From NCBI GenBank assembly GCA_963733095.1, contig CAVTBV010000016.1, positions 32,001 to 96,000 on the forward strand: a stretch of 64,000 bases of DNA. The letters run 5' to 3'. The notes under the pieces were generated by a model. That model ran no database searches and was not told the origin of the DNA. It saw only the letters and a program-made list of their open reading frames with translations. Made by a program: the position numbers and the translations under genes. Shown one piece after another: positions 19,339 through 28,464 of the stretch. Origin of the DNA: Candidatus Bathyarchaeota archaeon. GTDB lineage: Archaea > Thermoproteota > Bathyarchaeia > Bathyarchaeales > Bathycorpusculaceae. Within the stretch, counting starts at the first letter, position 1. Each line of letters starts with the position of its first letter.

Positions 19339-22161
19339 TTATGGTCGTTTTCTTAGCGTTAGGATTGTTACGGCAAAACCGATAGCTATAGCAACTATTA
19401 TCGCAACTGCTGCTATACCAATGTACATTTCTGTAGGTGGCAAACTTGTCTCTGGATAGGGTGACGCCGTTGCTTGGGCTTCTTGCACATTCAAATTAGT
19501 CTCTGCGTTTGAAGGCCAGTAACCGTTGGTACCAGAGAATGTGGCTGTGACAGCGTAATCGCCTGGAACGTTTGGAATCGTCCAAGTATAATGGAATATG
19601 CCGTTTGCATCGGATGTCGCGTCGCCAATGTGGATATAATTATCATTCGGGTCAATAGCATCGATTGAGACTGGAACGCCAACAAAGTCTGTTGGAAGTG
19701 GTCTTTGCTGGTAAACATGTTCCATCCAGTCAGTCATGCTCGCGTCAGACGCAACTGGAACTCCATTCGGAAAGTCTGCTGCTTGCGCCGTCTGTGTTGT
19801 ACCAGTTGAAACATCCATCACTGAACCTTGTATCACTACGTTATTTCCTGCAGTAATGCCATTTTGTGGTGCTTGGACTGTAGTGGAGCTGGGTCCTCTG
19901 CCAGTAGTGTAGATTTGCATGTCGTAGCCATTAAGGAATGTTGTAAAGCCATCTGCCAAAGCAGGAGTAGACATACTACCGTAACAAGAGAGCGTCCATA
20001 TTTCTTCACCTGTGGTGGCGTTAAGAGCAACTACTCGTGCGCCCTTGTAAATCGGGTCAGTAACAGTGTGCTCATTAGACATCAGGTATACTATTCCGTT
20101 ACCACTAATAGGTCCAACGTACATCGGATACTCACCGTAGGGAGAAGATAAGCTACTTGTACTGTTGCCTTCTCCACCGTTGCCGTATGTCCACAGTAGA
20201 TTTCCGTTCGTATTGTCGTAACAGTAGCATATACCGCCCATCCCGTCAAAGTAAGAGTTGCCATAAGCTAATGCTCCAGGTATGCCGTATCCACTTTCAT
20301 AGTATGCCAATCCAACCATCGGTTCAGTTGGACCCCATATCTGTTCGCCTGTTTCTAGACTGAAACCGACCTTGGTACGGGTTTCACGATAGCCTTCAAC
20401 GAAAGTGCGTGTTTGCCAATCAACTCCGTGAATAGTGACGGAGCTGTTGCCTGCTGGTGGGTCATAGTTCCGACTCCATAGTATCGAACCGACCGCACCC
20501 TTAGATTCGTTTAGGTTGACAAGATACAGTGTGTAGGGAGCTTGTCCGGTACCTGTTCCTCTCGACGACAGACCAGAAGGCAATAAACCGTTTCTGCAAA
20601 GTATAGCATCATTAAAGTTAGCGGCAACGACAGTAGGCGAACCGGATATAGTGTTTGCCCAAGGTACCGAAATGTTCCAATCATAAGTTGTTTGTGCGCC
20701 AAGGTTGGTCGGGTATATGGTAGTAGAGTTCATAGGTATGTTTCCGTTGACTGTGATTGATGAGCCGTATGGGACTGTGATTGTTACTCCAGCGGTGCCG
20801 GGCGTTTTTGGTGGGAGTGTTGCTGTGGTTCCAGCATAAGGAATGGGAACTCCTGAAGATGAAACGAGGGCTCCATTGCTTGCGTTTACCAATGACGGTG
20901 ATAGACTACCGCCCATAGTATATGGATTTACATCGTATTGCCATAGATGCGATGAGTTCCACTGAGCCATATACCATTGTGGATTTGAAGAGGTGCCTGC
21001 GTTAGCAAAGACATACCTTAACTGTTCACCATTTGGACCTGGTACTGCTGTACCTGAAGGAACGCCTGTTACGTTGAACAATTCCTTTCCTGTCCATGCA
21101 TCGAAGGCTTGTGCAAAGTTGGTTGTGAACAGTATTGGTTGGAAAGCTCCATGTTGTTCGCCGTTCCAAAGGTTATATGTGTAAGCAAATGATATTGCAG
21201 GTATAGTATCCGAAGACCAAACAACTTCTCCTGTCCGCAGGTCAACGCAGTAAAGCGGTCCAGCACTGGCCCCTGTAAAGCCTACTACGCCTTTATAGTA
21301 CATGTAGCCGTCTACTATTATCACATTGTTGAATCTTCCAAGGTAGCAAGAGCCCTCAAAGTAGGCAGTTCCCGGAACTTCAGTATACTGGTCTCCTCCG
21401 ACAACTCCACCTGCTGAAAGTGGCTTTGTCCACATGATATGAGCAGTCAGAGATCCTACGGAGTCACCGTGGTACACTGCAGAGCTAGTATAGCCGCTTA
21501 CGGGTGGCATACCTGAACCTAGCCAGTCCGATGATATTATCCACCAGTCAGTGCCTTCACCGTAGATTGGGCGTGTCCAGTAATCAGATGGCAGCGGAGT
21601 GCTACTTTCTGCGCTAGGAATTGGTTGTTCCTGCACAGTAAGCGTTGTTACTGCAGAGCTGGGCAGATAAGTGTCGTTGACTGCTTCTGATTCAGCGTAA
21701 TGTTCGTATTGAGCATAGTCTTGCCCGGGGAAAGTAAAGTTAAAACTATACGTGCCAATCTGGGCAGGAGTGTAGGTAAATGCTTGATTCGATGTTGTGT
21801 CCATGATAACATCAAAAGTCTTTTTTTCTGTTGTACCGTCAGGTGCAGTAATGGTACACTGGTAGTTGTGGAATCTGTAGTTGTTTGATGTCAATGCTGC
21901 GCTAGATGTGTAACCAGTCGTTCCAACAATAGCGTTAGTTCCTCCGACTGCCCCAAAAATAGGAAGAACCCACATGTAAACTGTAACAGATTGACCGACA
22001 CCTATAGGGTCAGGAGCTATAAATATGGTGGCATCCGTTGGAATCTGCCACGCAGGTGTATGCGTACTAGCCATGGGTATAAGCATCATTGAAGCTGATA
22101 TTGAAAGCATCAAGAGTATAGAAATCGCAATAGCTGCTGTTTTATTTTTCAGTATTTTCAT
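19339..22161 (-). CDS. PQQ-like beta-propeller cell-surface protein 4
   Basis: Intact 940 aa; same architecture, WMEHVYQQ, TM + LRKRP. Confidence 0.92.
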   Translation of the reverse strand: MKILKNKTAAIAISILLMLSISASMMLIPMASTHTPAWQIPTDATIFIAPDPIGVGQSVTVYMWVLPIFGAVGGTNAIVGTTGYTSSAALTSNNYRFHNYQCTITAPDGTTEKKTFDVIMDTTSNQAFTYTPAQIGTYSFNFTFPGQDYAQYEHYAESEAVNDTYLPSSAVTTLTVQEQPIPSAESSTPLPSDYWTRPIYGEGTDWWIISSDWLGSGMPPVSGYTSSAVYHGDSVGSLTAHIMWTKPLSAGGVVGGDQYTEVPGTAYFEGSCYLGRFNNVIIVDGYMYYKGVVGFTGASAGPLYCVDLRTGEVVWSSDTIPAISFAYTYNLWNGEQHGAFQPILFTTNFAQAFDAWTGKELFNVTGVPSGTAVPGPNGEQLRYVFANAGTSSNPQWYMAQWNSSHLWQYDVNPYTMGGSLSPSLVNASNGALVSSSGVPIPYAGTTATLPPKTPGTAGVTITVPYGSSITVNGNIPMNSTTIYPTNLGAQTTYDWNISVPWANTISGSPTVVAANFNDAILCRNGLLPSGLSSRGTGTGQAPYTLYLVNLNESKGAVGSILWSRNYDPPAGNSSVTIHGVDWQTRTFVEGYRETRTKVGFSLETGEQIWGPTEPMVGLAYYESGYGIPGALAYGNSYFDGMGGICYCYDNTNGNLLWTYGNGGEGNSTSSLSSPYGEYPMYVGPISGNGIVYLMSNEHTVTDPIYKGARVVALNATTGEEIWTLSCYGSMSTPALADGFTTFLNGYDMQIYTTGRGPSSTTVQAPQNGITAGNNVVIQGSVMDVSTGTTQTAQAADFPNGVPVASDASMTDWMEHVYQQRPLPTDFVGVPVSIDAIDPNDNYIHIGDATSDANGIFHYTWTIPNVPGDYAVTATFSGTNGYWPSNAETNLNVQEAQATASPYPETSLPPTEMYIGIAAVAIIVAIAIGFAVTILTLRKRP

Positions 22162-22331
22162 TTTTTTTTCTTTCCTTTATATTTGTACCTTCCTAATTCT
22201 GCAAATGACGCTATTAAGACCCACGGACCTATGGTTCACACACGTAAATGCACTTTTGCTTTTATGATTGGTTCAAGCGCCAGAAGATTAATTAAATTAG
22301 AGATTATCAAATCGTAACTGAACCAATACGT

Positions 22332-23006
22332 ATGTACAACCAAATACTACAAATCGCAGTAGAAATCATATCAGCGGTAGCTTGCTTTATTCTACTAAAA
22401 TTTATGATTAAACCATATACAGTAACACGTGAAGGTCGTTATATCGGATTACCGCTCGGATTTGGTTTTCTCGGCGCCTCTTACGCTCTGTCGGCAATAG
22501 CATACGCCCAGCCTAATTTTGGTGAAAGCCACTTAAAGTGGATTCAGCTTCTTTTCAGGGCATTTTCGTTTATATTCCTTGCAGTTGCCTATTATTTCTC
22601 GAAAAAACCATCCAAGAACACACGTTTAATTTGGGATATTACATTCAGCGGACTTTTTGTGGGCTTAGCAGCCTTACTTCTTTTAGTCTTTATCGCCCCA
22701 CAGGTACCACTAAGCAGTTACAAAACCATAAATGTTTTTGTTCGAGTCATAAACATAATTTGCCTTTCATACATTTCCATTTACTGCACCAGAGAACATA
22801 CAAAAGACCCTGACCCAATATTAATATGGGTACTGGGTGGTTACGCTTTCCTTGGACTAAGCCAGTTTTCATATCTAATTTTCAATATTTATTCAGTAGG
22901 TTTTACATTTTGGGGATCTTTAGCGCTTCGTTTAATCAGCCTTGCTATTTTTCTTGTTGCCACATATCGAACCTTTCATATGCAAGAAAAGGGCAATAAA
23001 AGATGA
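22332..23006 (+). CDS. Multi-pass (about 7 TM) membrane protein, possible sensor
   Basis: About seven hydrophobic segments; stop overlaps the start of the wHTH gene. Confidence 0.8.
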   Translation: MYNQILQIAVEIISAVACFILLKFMIKPYTVTREGRYIGLPLGFGFLGASYALSAIAYAQPNFGESHLKWIQLLFRAFSFIFLAVAYYFSKKPSKNTRLIWDITFSGLFVGLAALLLLVFIAPQVPLSSYKTINVFVRVINIICLSYISIYCTREHTKDPDPILIWVLGGYAFLGLSQFSYLIFNIYSVGFTFWGSLALRLISLAIFLVATYRTFHMQEKGNKR

Positions 23007-23281
23007 AGAAGATCCAAAGAAGAGATAAAATGAAAATCTATGGAGATCTTCTATTGATACTTAGTGCTGAATCGGCTAATAGAAAAATAGTCATTACACA
23101 TATCCAGATGAAGATTAATGTTCCATTTACTCGTTTGAAAAAATACATTTCAGATCTGAAGGAGTTAGGTCTAATTGAAGACGAGACATCGCTTAAGGTT
23201 ACTGAGAAAGGTAAATTGTATTTAGACGAGTATAAGACTGTTTTAGCTTTTATGAAGCGCATGGGCATGAGCTATAAATAG
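23003..23281 (+). CDS. Winged helix-turn-helix regulator
   Basis: RRDKMKIYGDLL...ITHIQMKINVPFTRLKKYISDL.ELGLI...VTEKG. Confidence 0.85.
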   Translation: MKKIQRRDKMKIYGDLLLILSAESANRKIVITHIQMKINVPFTRLKKYISDLKELGLIEDETSLKVTEKGKLYLDEYKTVLAFMKRMGMSYK

Positions 23282-23315
23282 GGTCTCAAGATAGGTTTAG
23301 ATTCAGATTTTTTCT

Positions 23316-23393
23316 GGGTTTGGTGAGGCTCTGGAGAGTTTCAAAAAGGTGCAAATGTGTACCTCTATATTCACTCATAACCAAAACTTGAGC
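23316..23393 (+). repeat. Bulged-stem dispersed repeat, degenerate copy E
   Basis: GGGTTTGGTGAGGCTCTGG left arm; shares TGCAAATGYGTACC with copy D; right arm eroded. Confidence 0.5.
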
Positions 23394-23448
23394 ATACCAC
23401 ATTTTTTAATTAAAAAAAGAAGAGAGATTTGTTTTTATATTATCGAGT

Positions 23449-26115
23449 TTATGGTCGCTTTCGCAGCATAAGCATTGCCAATATAAGGCCAATTATTGCG
23501 ACGAATACGAACAGCCCTATGATGGCGGGAATAAAGTATTGATCAGCCATAGATTGCGCTGGTTGTGTGGGTTGTGGAGTAGCTGCTGGGGCATCTTCAA
23601 TATTTACGGCTGTTTCTGCTGATGAACCGAAATACGATTCTGATCCTGCGAATCTAGCTATTATTGTGTATTTGCCTGAGACCTCTGGTGTGAAAGCTAA
23701 GCTATAGAGGCCTGATGCGTCACTTGTTGTTGTTCCGACTTCGTGGTAGTTGTTGTTTGGATCAAGCACTTCGATTATAACTTGAACACCTGTTGCATTT
23801 GTTGGCTGTGGTTGTTGCATGTAAAGGTATTCCATCCACGCTGACATGCTATCGTCAGATATAGCTGGTGTACCCTTAGCTGGGATTCCCAGACTAGTTT
23901 GCCCTGGAGATTGGTCGGTAACAGTGCCCTTCACAAGTATCTTTGTGCCCAGTACTTGAGTTGTTTCAGGTGCAGTTACTGTAGTGGCAGATAGTCCCTT
24001 TCCGTAACAGTAAAGCTGATTGTCATATGCATCTGGCATTAGCAAGTAGCCGTCTGCTAGGGCGCAGTTGGGTTGGTTTGTGATAACAAAGCTAGGCATA
24101 TCCCATATGAGTTCCCCTGTTGTGGCGTTTAAGCAGTATAGTTTGGAATTTTTGTATAGCGGTGGACTGTATACGTGGCCTCCTTGGGCGTAGATCTTTC
24201 CATCGGCTGCAACGGCTAGGTTGTAGAGAGGATACTCGCCGTATGGTGTTTCCAAACCGGCGTTTCCAGTGTAGAAGGTCCATAGTTTAGCTCCTGTTGT
24301 TGCGTTTATAGCGTACACGTATCCACCTAAATCAGTCATATAGACGGCGCCATAAGCGGCAATGTAGCTCTGACTGTAGTAACCATATATGTCATTGGGA
24401 TTCTCGATTGTTATCGGACCCCATACCAGTTGTCCTGTTTTGAGGCTAAAGGCTCTCCATGCCATCGTTTCCATATTGTATTCATAGTAGAATCCGTCTC
24501 CTGCAGCAGCCGCCACTGAAAGTCTGCACCATGGCGTTTCCTCCCGCCATATCGGACCCCAAAGTAGCGATCCATCTATTGCACTGTAGCCTGCTTGATA
24601 CACGTAACCCGGATTCCACGAGTAGGCGCTTACTTCTGGTGTGCTCGTCATAAGTAGTACATCGCTTGCGATTTTTGTAATAGATAGAGTTGGGCTGATT
24701 GCTATGCTTGTTCCATTGGGTGCAGTAATCGAGGTGACTAAAGGTTGTGACCACTGTATTCCTAAGTTCCAGTCAATACTTGCACCTTGTGGAGGAGCCC
24801 AGACCCAAGAATTAACGCTTCGTCCTGATGAATAGCTGTATTTCATGATTGCTAATGTTGAGTTCCACATGTTCAGAGTGCGAGTTGTGCCGTTAACGTA
24901 GTAGCCTATCAGGTTGCCGCGGTCGTCTGAAACAAGCGATGGAATTAGAGCGATTGGCACTCTAAGATCTGAACTTATTACAGCCTGCGATGTGGGTGCG
25001 TTGACGATATTCAATATCCAGTTACCTGTCATTGCGTCGTACATCTCCCATGTATTGTTGAACTGGTAAGCTCCTGATGTTGTACCCATATATGGTGATG
25101 GTGGTAAAGCCCATAGGTATGGTATGCCTCCGTACTGGTTAGGATTTATGACATTCACTATTTGGCCTGTCCTTAGCACTGAGGTAGTGTTCTTAGTCCA
25201 TACTTCTTGTCCGGTGCGCAAGTCTAATGCAACCCAGCCCGCTGGGTTTGCTGTGCTGCCTGGAATCAGATTGTAATAGACTATTCCGTTTATGATTATT
25301 CCACCCCATTTGGGTTGGTACATATTGTTTGAATTGTAGTTGCTTCCGTATTGGGTGCCGCCAAAGTCTCCTCCCATTATGCCACCAAAGGAATATGGTT
25401 TTGTCCAAAGTATGTGACCGCTGTTTGGTGCGGTGGTATATGGATTGAAGTTTGCAGTTAGATTATAATAGCCTCCTCCTGCTGCTCCGCCTCCTGATCC
25501 TAGAGTATACCCAAGCCAGTTTCCAGCGATCTTGTACCAGTCAAGATTCGTTGATATTATTGGACGTTGCCAGTAACCGGTTGGAAGTGGCGTGTTCGGC
25601 GAAACCGTAATTGCCTCTTGCTGTACAGTGAGAGTCATTTTTGGGCTAGTGCTGGCTTCAAAATAATCACCAACAAAGATTGCGTTATAGGTGCCTATGA
25701 GTGGGCTCGGGTTGGAACCTGCTACAGTTTCTCCTGGAAAGTTAAACACGAAAGTGTAGTTGCCGAGTTGAGTCGGCGTATACGTAGTTGCTGCACCTCC
25801 TGCGGCGTCGGATGCGAATGGCCCCAATGTTTCGGTTTTTCCGTCGGGCGTAGTAACTGTAACAACAAAATTATGCCATCGGTCACCGTATTCTTGATAT
25901 GCTGTTGGAGGTAATTTGTCAAGCCAAAAGCCAATGTATGCGGTTTGGCCAACGCCAACGGGATTAGGCATGACGCTGAGATAAGCGTAAGTCGGGACGG
26001 TTGCAGCGGGAGTATGTGCATTAGAAGTTGGCACTAAATCCATTGAGGCTCCCATAGAAATTGTTAGAATTGCTGCGATCAAAATAGCCATAGTTGTTCC
26101 TTTAAAATTTTTCAT
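23449..26115 (-). CDS. PQQ-like beta-propeller cell-surface protein 5
   Basis: Likely start MKNFKGTTMAILIAA (ATG at 26115, after AAGGAG); WMEYLYMQ; TM + LRKRP. Confidence 0.92.
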   Translation of the reverse strand: MKNFKGTTMAILIAAILTISMGASMDLVPTSNAHTPAATVPTYAYLSVMPNPVGVGQTAYIGFWLDKLPPTAYQEYGDRWHNFVVTVTTPDGKTETLGPFASDAAGGAATTYTPTQLGNYTFVFNFPGETVAGSNPSPLIGTYNAIFVGDYFEASTSPKMTLTVQQEAITVSPNTPLPTGYWQRPIISTNLDWYKIAGNWLGYTLGSGGGAAGGGYYNLTANFNPYTTAPNSGHILWTKPYSFGGIMGGDFGGTQYGSNYNSNNMYQPKWGGIIINGIVYYNLIPGSTANPAGWVALDLRTGQEVWTKNTTSVLRTGQIVNVINPNQYGGIPYLWALPPSPYMGTTSGAYQFNNTWEMYDAMTGNWILNIVNAPTSQAVISSDLRVPIALIPSLVSDDRGNLIGYYVNGTTRTLNMWNSTLAIMKYSYSSGRSVNSWVWAPPQGASIDWNLGIQWSQPLVTSITAPNGTSIAISPTLSITKIASDVLLMTSTPEVSAYSWNPGYVYQAGYSAIDGSLLWGPIWREETPWCRLSVAAAAGDGFYYEYNMETMAWRAFSLKTGQLVWGPITIENPNDIYGYYSQSYIAAYGAVYMTDLGGYVYAINATTGAKLWTFYTGNAGLETPYGEYPLYNLAVAADGKIYAQGGHVYSPPLYKNSKLYCLNATTGELIWDMPSFVITNQPNCALADGYLLMPDAYDNQLYCYGKGLSATTVTAPETTQVLGTKILVKGTVTDQSPGQTSLGIPAKGTPAISDDSMSAWMEYLYMQQPQPTNATGVQVIIEVLDPNNNYHEVGTTTSDASGLYSLAFTPEVSGKYTIIARFAGSESYFGSSAETAVNIEDAPAATPQPTQPAQSMADQYFIPAIIGLFVFVAIIGLILAMLMLRKRP

Positions 26116-26210
26116 CTTTCTTTTTCTCCTTAATTTTAATTGACCCAACAAATTGTTTTGAAATTTGTTTTAGTCAACATTATTGACTGTGTATGGATTT
26201 AGTTTATAAA
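26116..26210 (-). promoter_or_regulatory. TATA box and 5' leader hairpin of propeller gene 5
   Basis: TTTATAAA at 26203-26210; hairpin 26140-26177 (TTGACT..AACAAATT...AATTTGTT.GGTCAA). Confidence 0.6.
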
Positions 26211-26432
26211 ACTGTGTGGCAAGTAGGTACTTACCATATAAAGTAACAATCAATTTTTTTGATACTAAAAAATTCTGAGGGTTTTCTGGGTCGAAACCTA
26301 AAATTGTGTTAGAATATTGGAGTGATTTCGTTGCTCTTTTGATGTCTGAATTATCCAACTTGCTGCAAATATGAATCAAATTCGTTGTCTACCAAGAGCT
26401 TCAATACATAGATTTATCAAATGAACACTTCC

Positions 26433-26683
26433 TGATGGTTAAGTGGCGATGCTTTTCCTTGGCACCTATTAAAATAAGACCCAAAAACACGAAAATTTGG
26501 TTGTCGATGTCGAAAACCCACTGTTAAGCCAAATAAAGCTGCGACCTTCCTTAACATTCTAGAAAAAGGAGGATACAGTAAATAGGGTCTTCGGGAGTAG
26601 CGTTTCCTTTCGGTATCGGTATATCACTCAGAGATTGAAAAGAAAAAAGGGATTTTGCGGGAGACATCGCCACTCGGGGTATG
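26433..26683. mobile_element. Candidate 251-bp non-autonomous element with subterminal inverted repeats
   Basis: AGTGGCGATG (26442-26451) / CATCGCCACT (26665-26674), each 9 nt inside a TTCC direct repeat; the right end coincides with the GT2 truncation. Confidence 0.35.
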
Positions 26684-27320
26684 TTCCTCCGAACTGAGCA
26701 ATTAACCCCAAATTGTTCCGGGCTTCCTGGTCAACGCGGTACCCACCAATTCTCTCCAAGGCCACCAACCGAGTGATGATGTTTTGGGGCTCATTTAAGA
26801 CAACGACTCTTCCCTGCACTGCCCCAACCAGTGGGTCAACGAACTCTTTGACGAGTGTCTCAACGATGTCTCTTTGAGGGTAATAGTCTGCATCAAAACA
26901 GAGCACTATTTCTCCTGTGCATTTGCTGAATCCGTGGTTCATAGCTGAGGCTTTTCCTCTTCTGCCGTTACTTCTATCACGGTTCAGGACTTCTATGTAT
27001 GGATATTTGGTTTTGAATTCTTCTGCAATTTGGCCTGTTTGGTCACTTGAAGCATCGTTGATTACTATTACTTGCAGTTTTTCTTTTGGGTAGGTAAGAG
27101 TTGTTATTCGTGAAAGTAATCGTCCCAAGACTTTTTCTTCATTGAACGCTGGGATGAGGATTGAAATGGTGGGTTCAAAGTTCGAATCTGCTTGGGTAGG
27201 CGACTTTGGTTTGTTTGCTGACCTCAACACAGAGAACGTAAAAATGTAGTGTCTCACAAGGTAAGCTATCATAACTGCTGTTAAGAAAAGAAAAAGGATT
27301 TCTAATGCTTCAAGGATCAA
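26628..27320 (-). pseudogene. GT2 glycosyltransferase (CesA-like), C-terminally truncated
   Basis: ILIPAFNEE, INDASSD, GKASAMN and FDAD are present; sequence ends just after QFGGT and lacks the ED/QxxRW motifs and TM region. Confidence 0.8.
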
Positions 27321-27742
27321 AGGCTGATCTTCCGGTAGACGTTGTCATTATTGAGAATTGTTAGACTTAATGACCAGAAGGATATAATCCAAAGTGAGCT
27401 TAGAAACGGAAAGAAAATCATGTAGAGAAAGTTGAAGTTCGCACCGAAGAAAACGGTTCCAGCAACGTCAAAGCTGTTAAAAGTTAAATTCCAGCATAAA
27501 CCAAGCAAATTACCCAATGTTAAGAGCCCAAGTTTTCGGTTGAAAGAGCCGTATAGCTGGAACATCAGGGTGATGAAAAGAACGTTAAAGATTACGAGAG
27601 TTGATGTGGATTGAATGTTTGCGGCTGAATATGCGTTTTTGATTAGGAAGTAGGATGCAGCGAGACAGAGAATTATTGCTTCGACAAAGAAAACAGTAAC
27701 AATTCGATTTAAGACCTTCACTCTGCCCTTTCCTTCCCTCAC
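27317..27742 (-). CDS. Membrane protein (about 4 TM)
   Basis: Hydrophobic ORF coupled to the GT2 gene. Confidence 0.75.
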   Translation of the reverse strand: MREGKGRVKVLNRIVTVFFVEAIILCLAASYFLIKNAYSAANIQSTSTLVIFNVLFITLMFQLYGSFNRKLGLLTLGNLLGLCWNLTFNSFDVAGTVFFGANFNFLYMIFFPFLSSLWIISFWSLSLTILNNDNVYRKISL

Positions 27743-27829
27743 ACAGCTATCAATAGAGCGCTTATTTGTTATGTTGAGCTTTTAACACATTTGTAACTGG
27801 ATTATAGAAGATAGCTCTACTCAAAGAAA

Positions 27830-28441
27830 CTAAACATTTGGACCAGAAAGAGCCACGTTATCGATTACTCGACACAGAACCTCGAACACTTCATTCACAC
27901 TCAAGTTATCTGTATCTAAAATAAAGTCAAACGGCTTGAAATCTTCACCTAACCCAAAACCATACAGCGACTTGTATATAGCTTTGGTCCGCGTCTCCTT
28001 TTCCTTCAACACCACAAAGGCTTCCGAAACCGTCATTCCATCTCTTACAGCAACTCTTGCAGCTCTCTTCTCAAATGAAGCTTCTAGCCAAATCTTAAAA
28101 CCTTCCTTTAACAGCCAAGGCATAGTCCAACTGTCCAAAAGAACATTTCCTTGTTGGGCATACTCTAAGAGTTTATCATCGACTGTCTTGTCAAATTTAG
28201 GGTCGTTGGTTCTTTCATTGAGAAAATTTAACCCTTCGGGGCTCTCCCACCAGCCCTGAACTGAAACATCGTAACCTTCCTGCTTTGCCAGATCTTTTAA
28301 AACGTCTCCACCTGAAAAGTATCTTAAATGGTATTTTTCAGCGAGTTTCTTGGACAGGGTGCTTTTTCCTGTTCCAGCCATTCCCGATATGCAAATGACG
28401 GTTTTTTTGGCGGCGTTGCAGGTTTTTTCTTGTTCGGCCAT
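27830..28441 (-). CDS. cmk: Cytidylate kinase (archaeal type)
   Basis: ICISGMAGTGKST P-loop; conserved position after DUF106. Confidence 0.88.
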   Translation of the reverse strand: MAEQEKTCNAAKKTVICISGMAGTGKSTLSKKLAEKYHLRYFSGGDVLKDLAKQEGYDVSVQGWWESPEGLNFLNERTNDPKFDKTVDDKLLEYAQQGNVLLDSWTMPWLLKEGFKIWLEASFEKRAARVAVRDGMTVSEAFVVLKEKETRTKAIYKSLYGFGLGEDFKPFDFILDTDNLSVNEVFEVLCRVIDNVALSGPNV

Positions 28442-28464
28442 TTGGCTCCACCTAGTTTTTGCTG

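Noticed and set aside
13261-26115. Diversity-generating retroelement acting on propeller genes
   Set aside because: No reverse transcriptase; differences between the repeated segments are not adenine-specific
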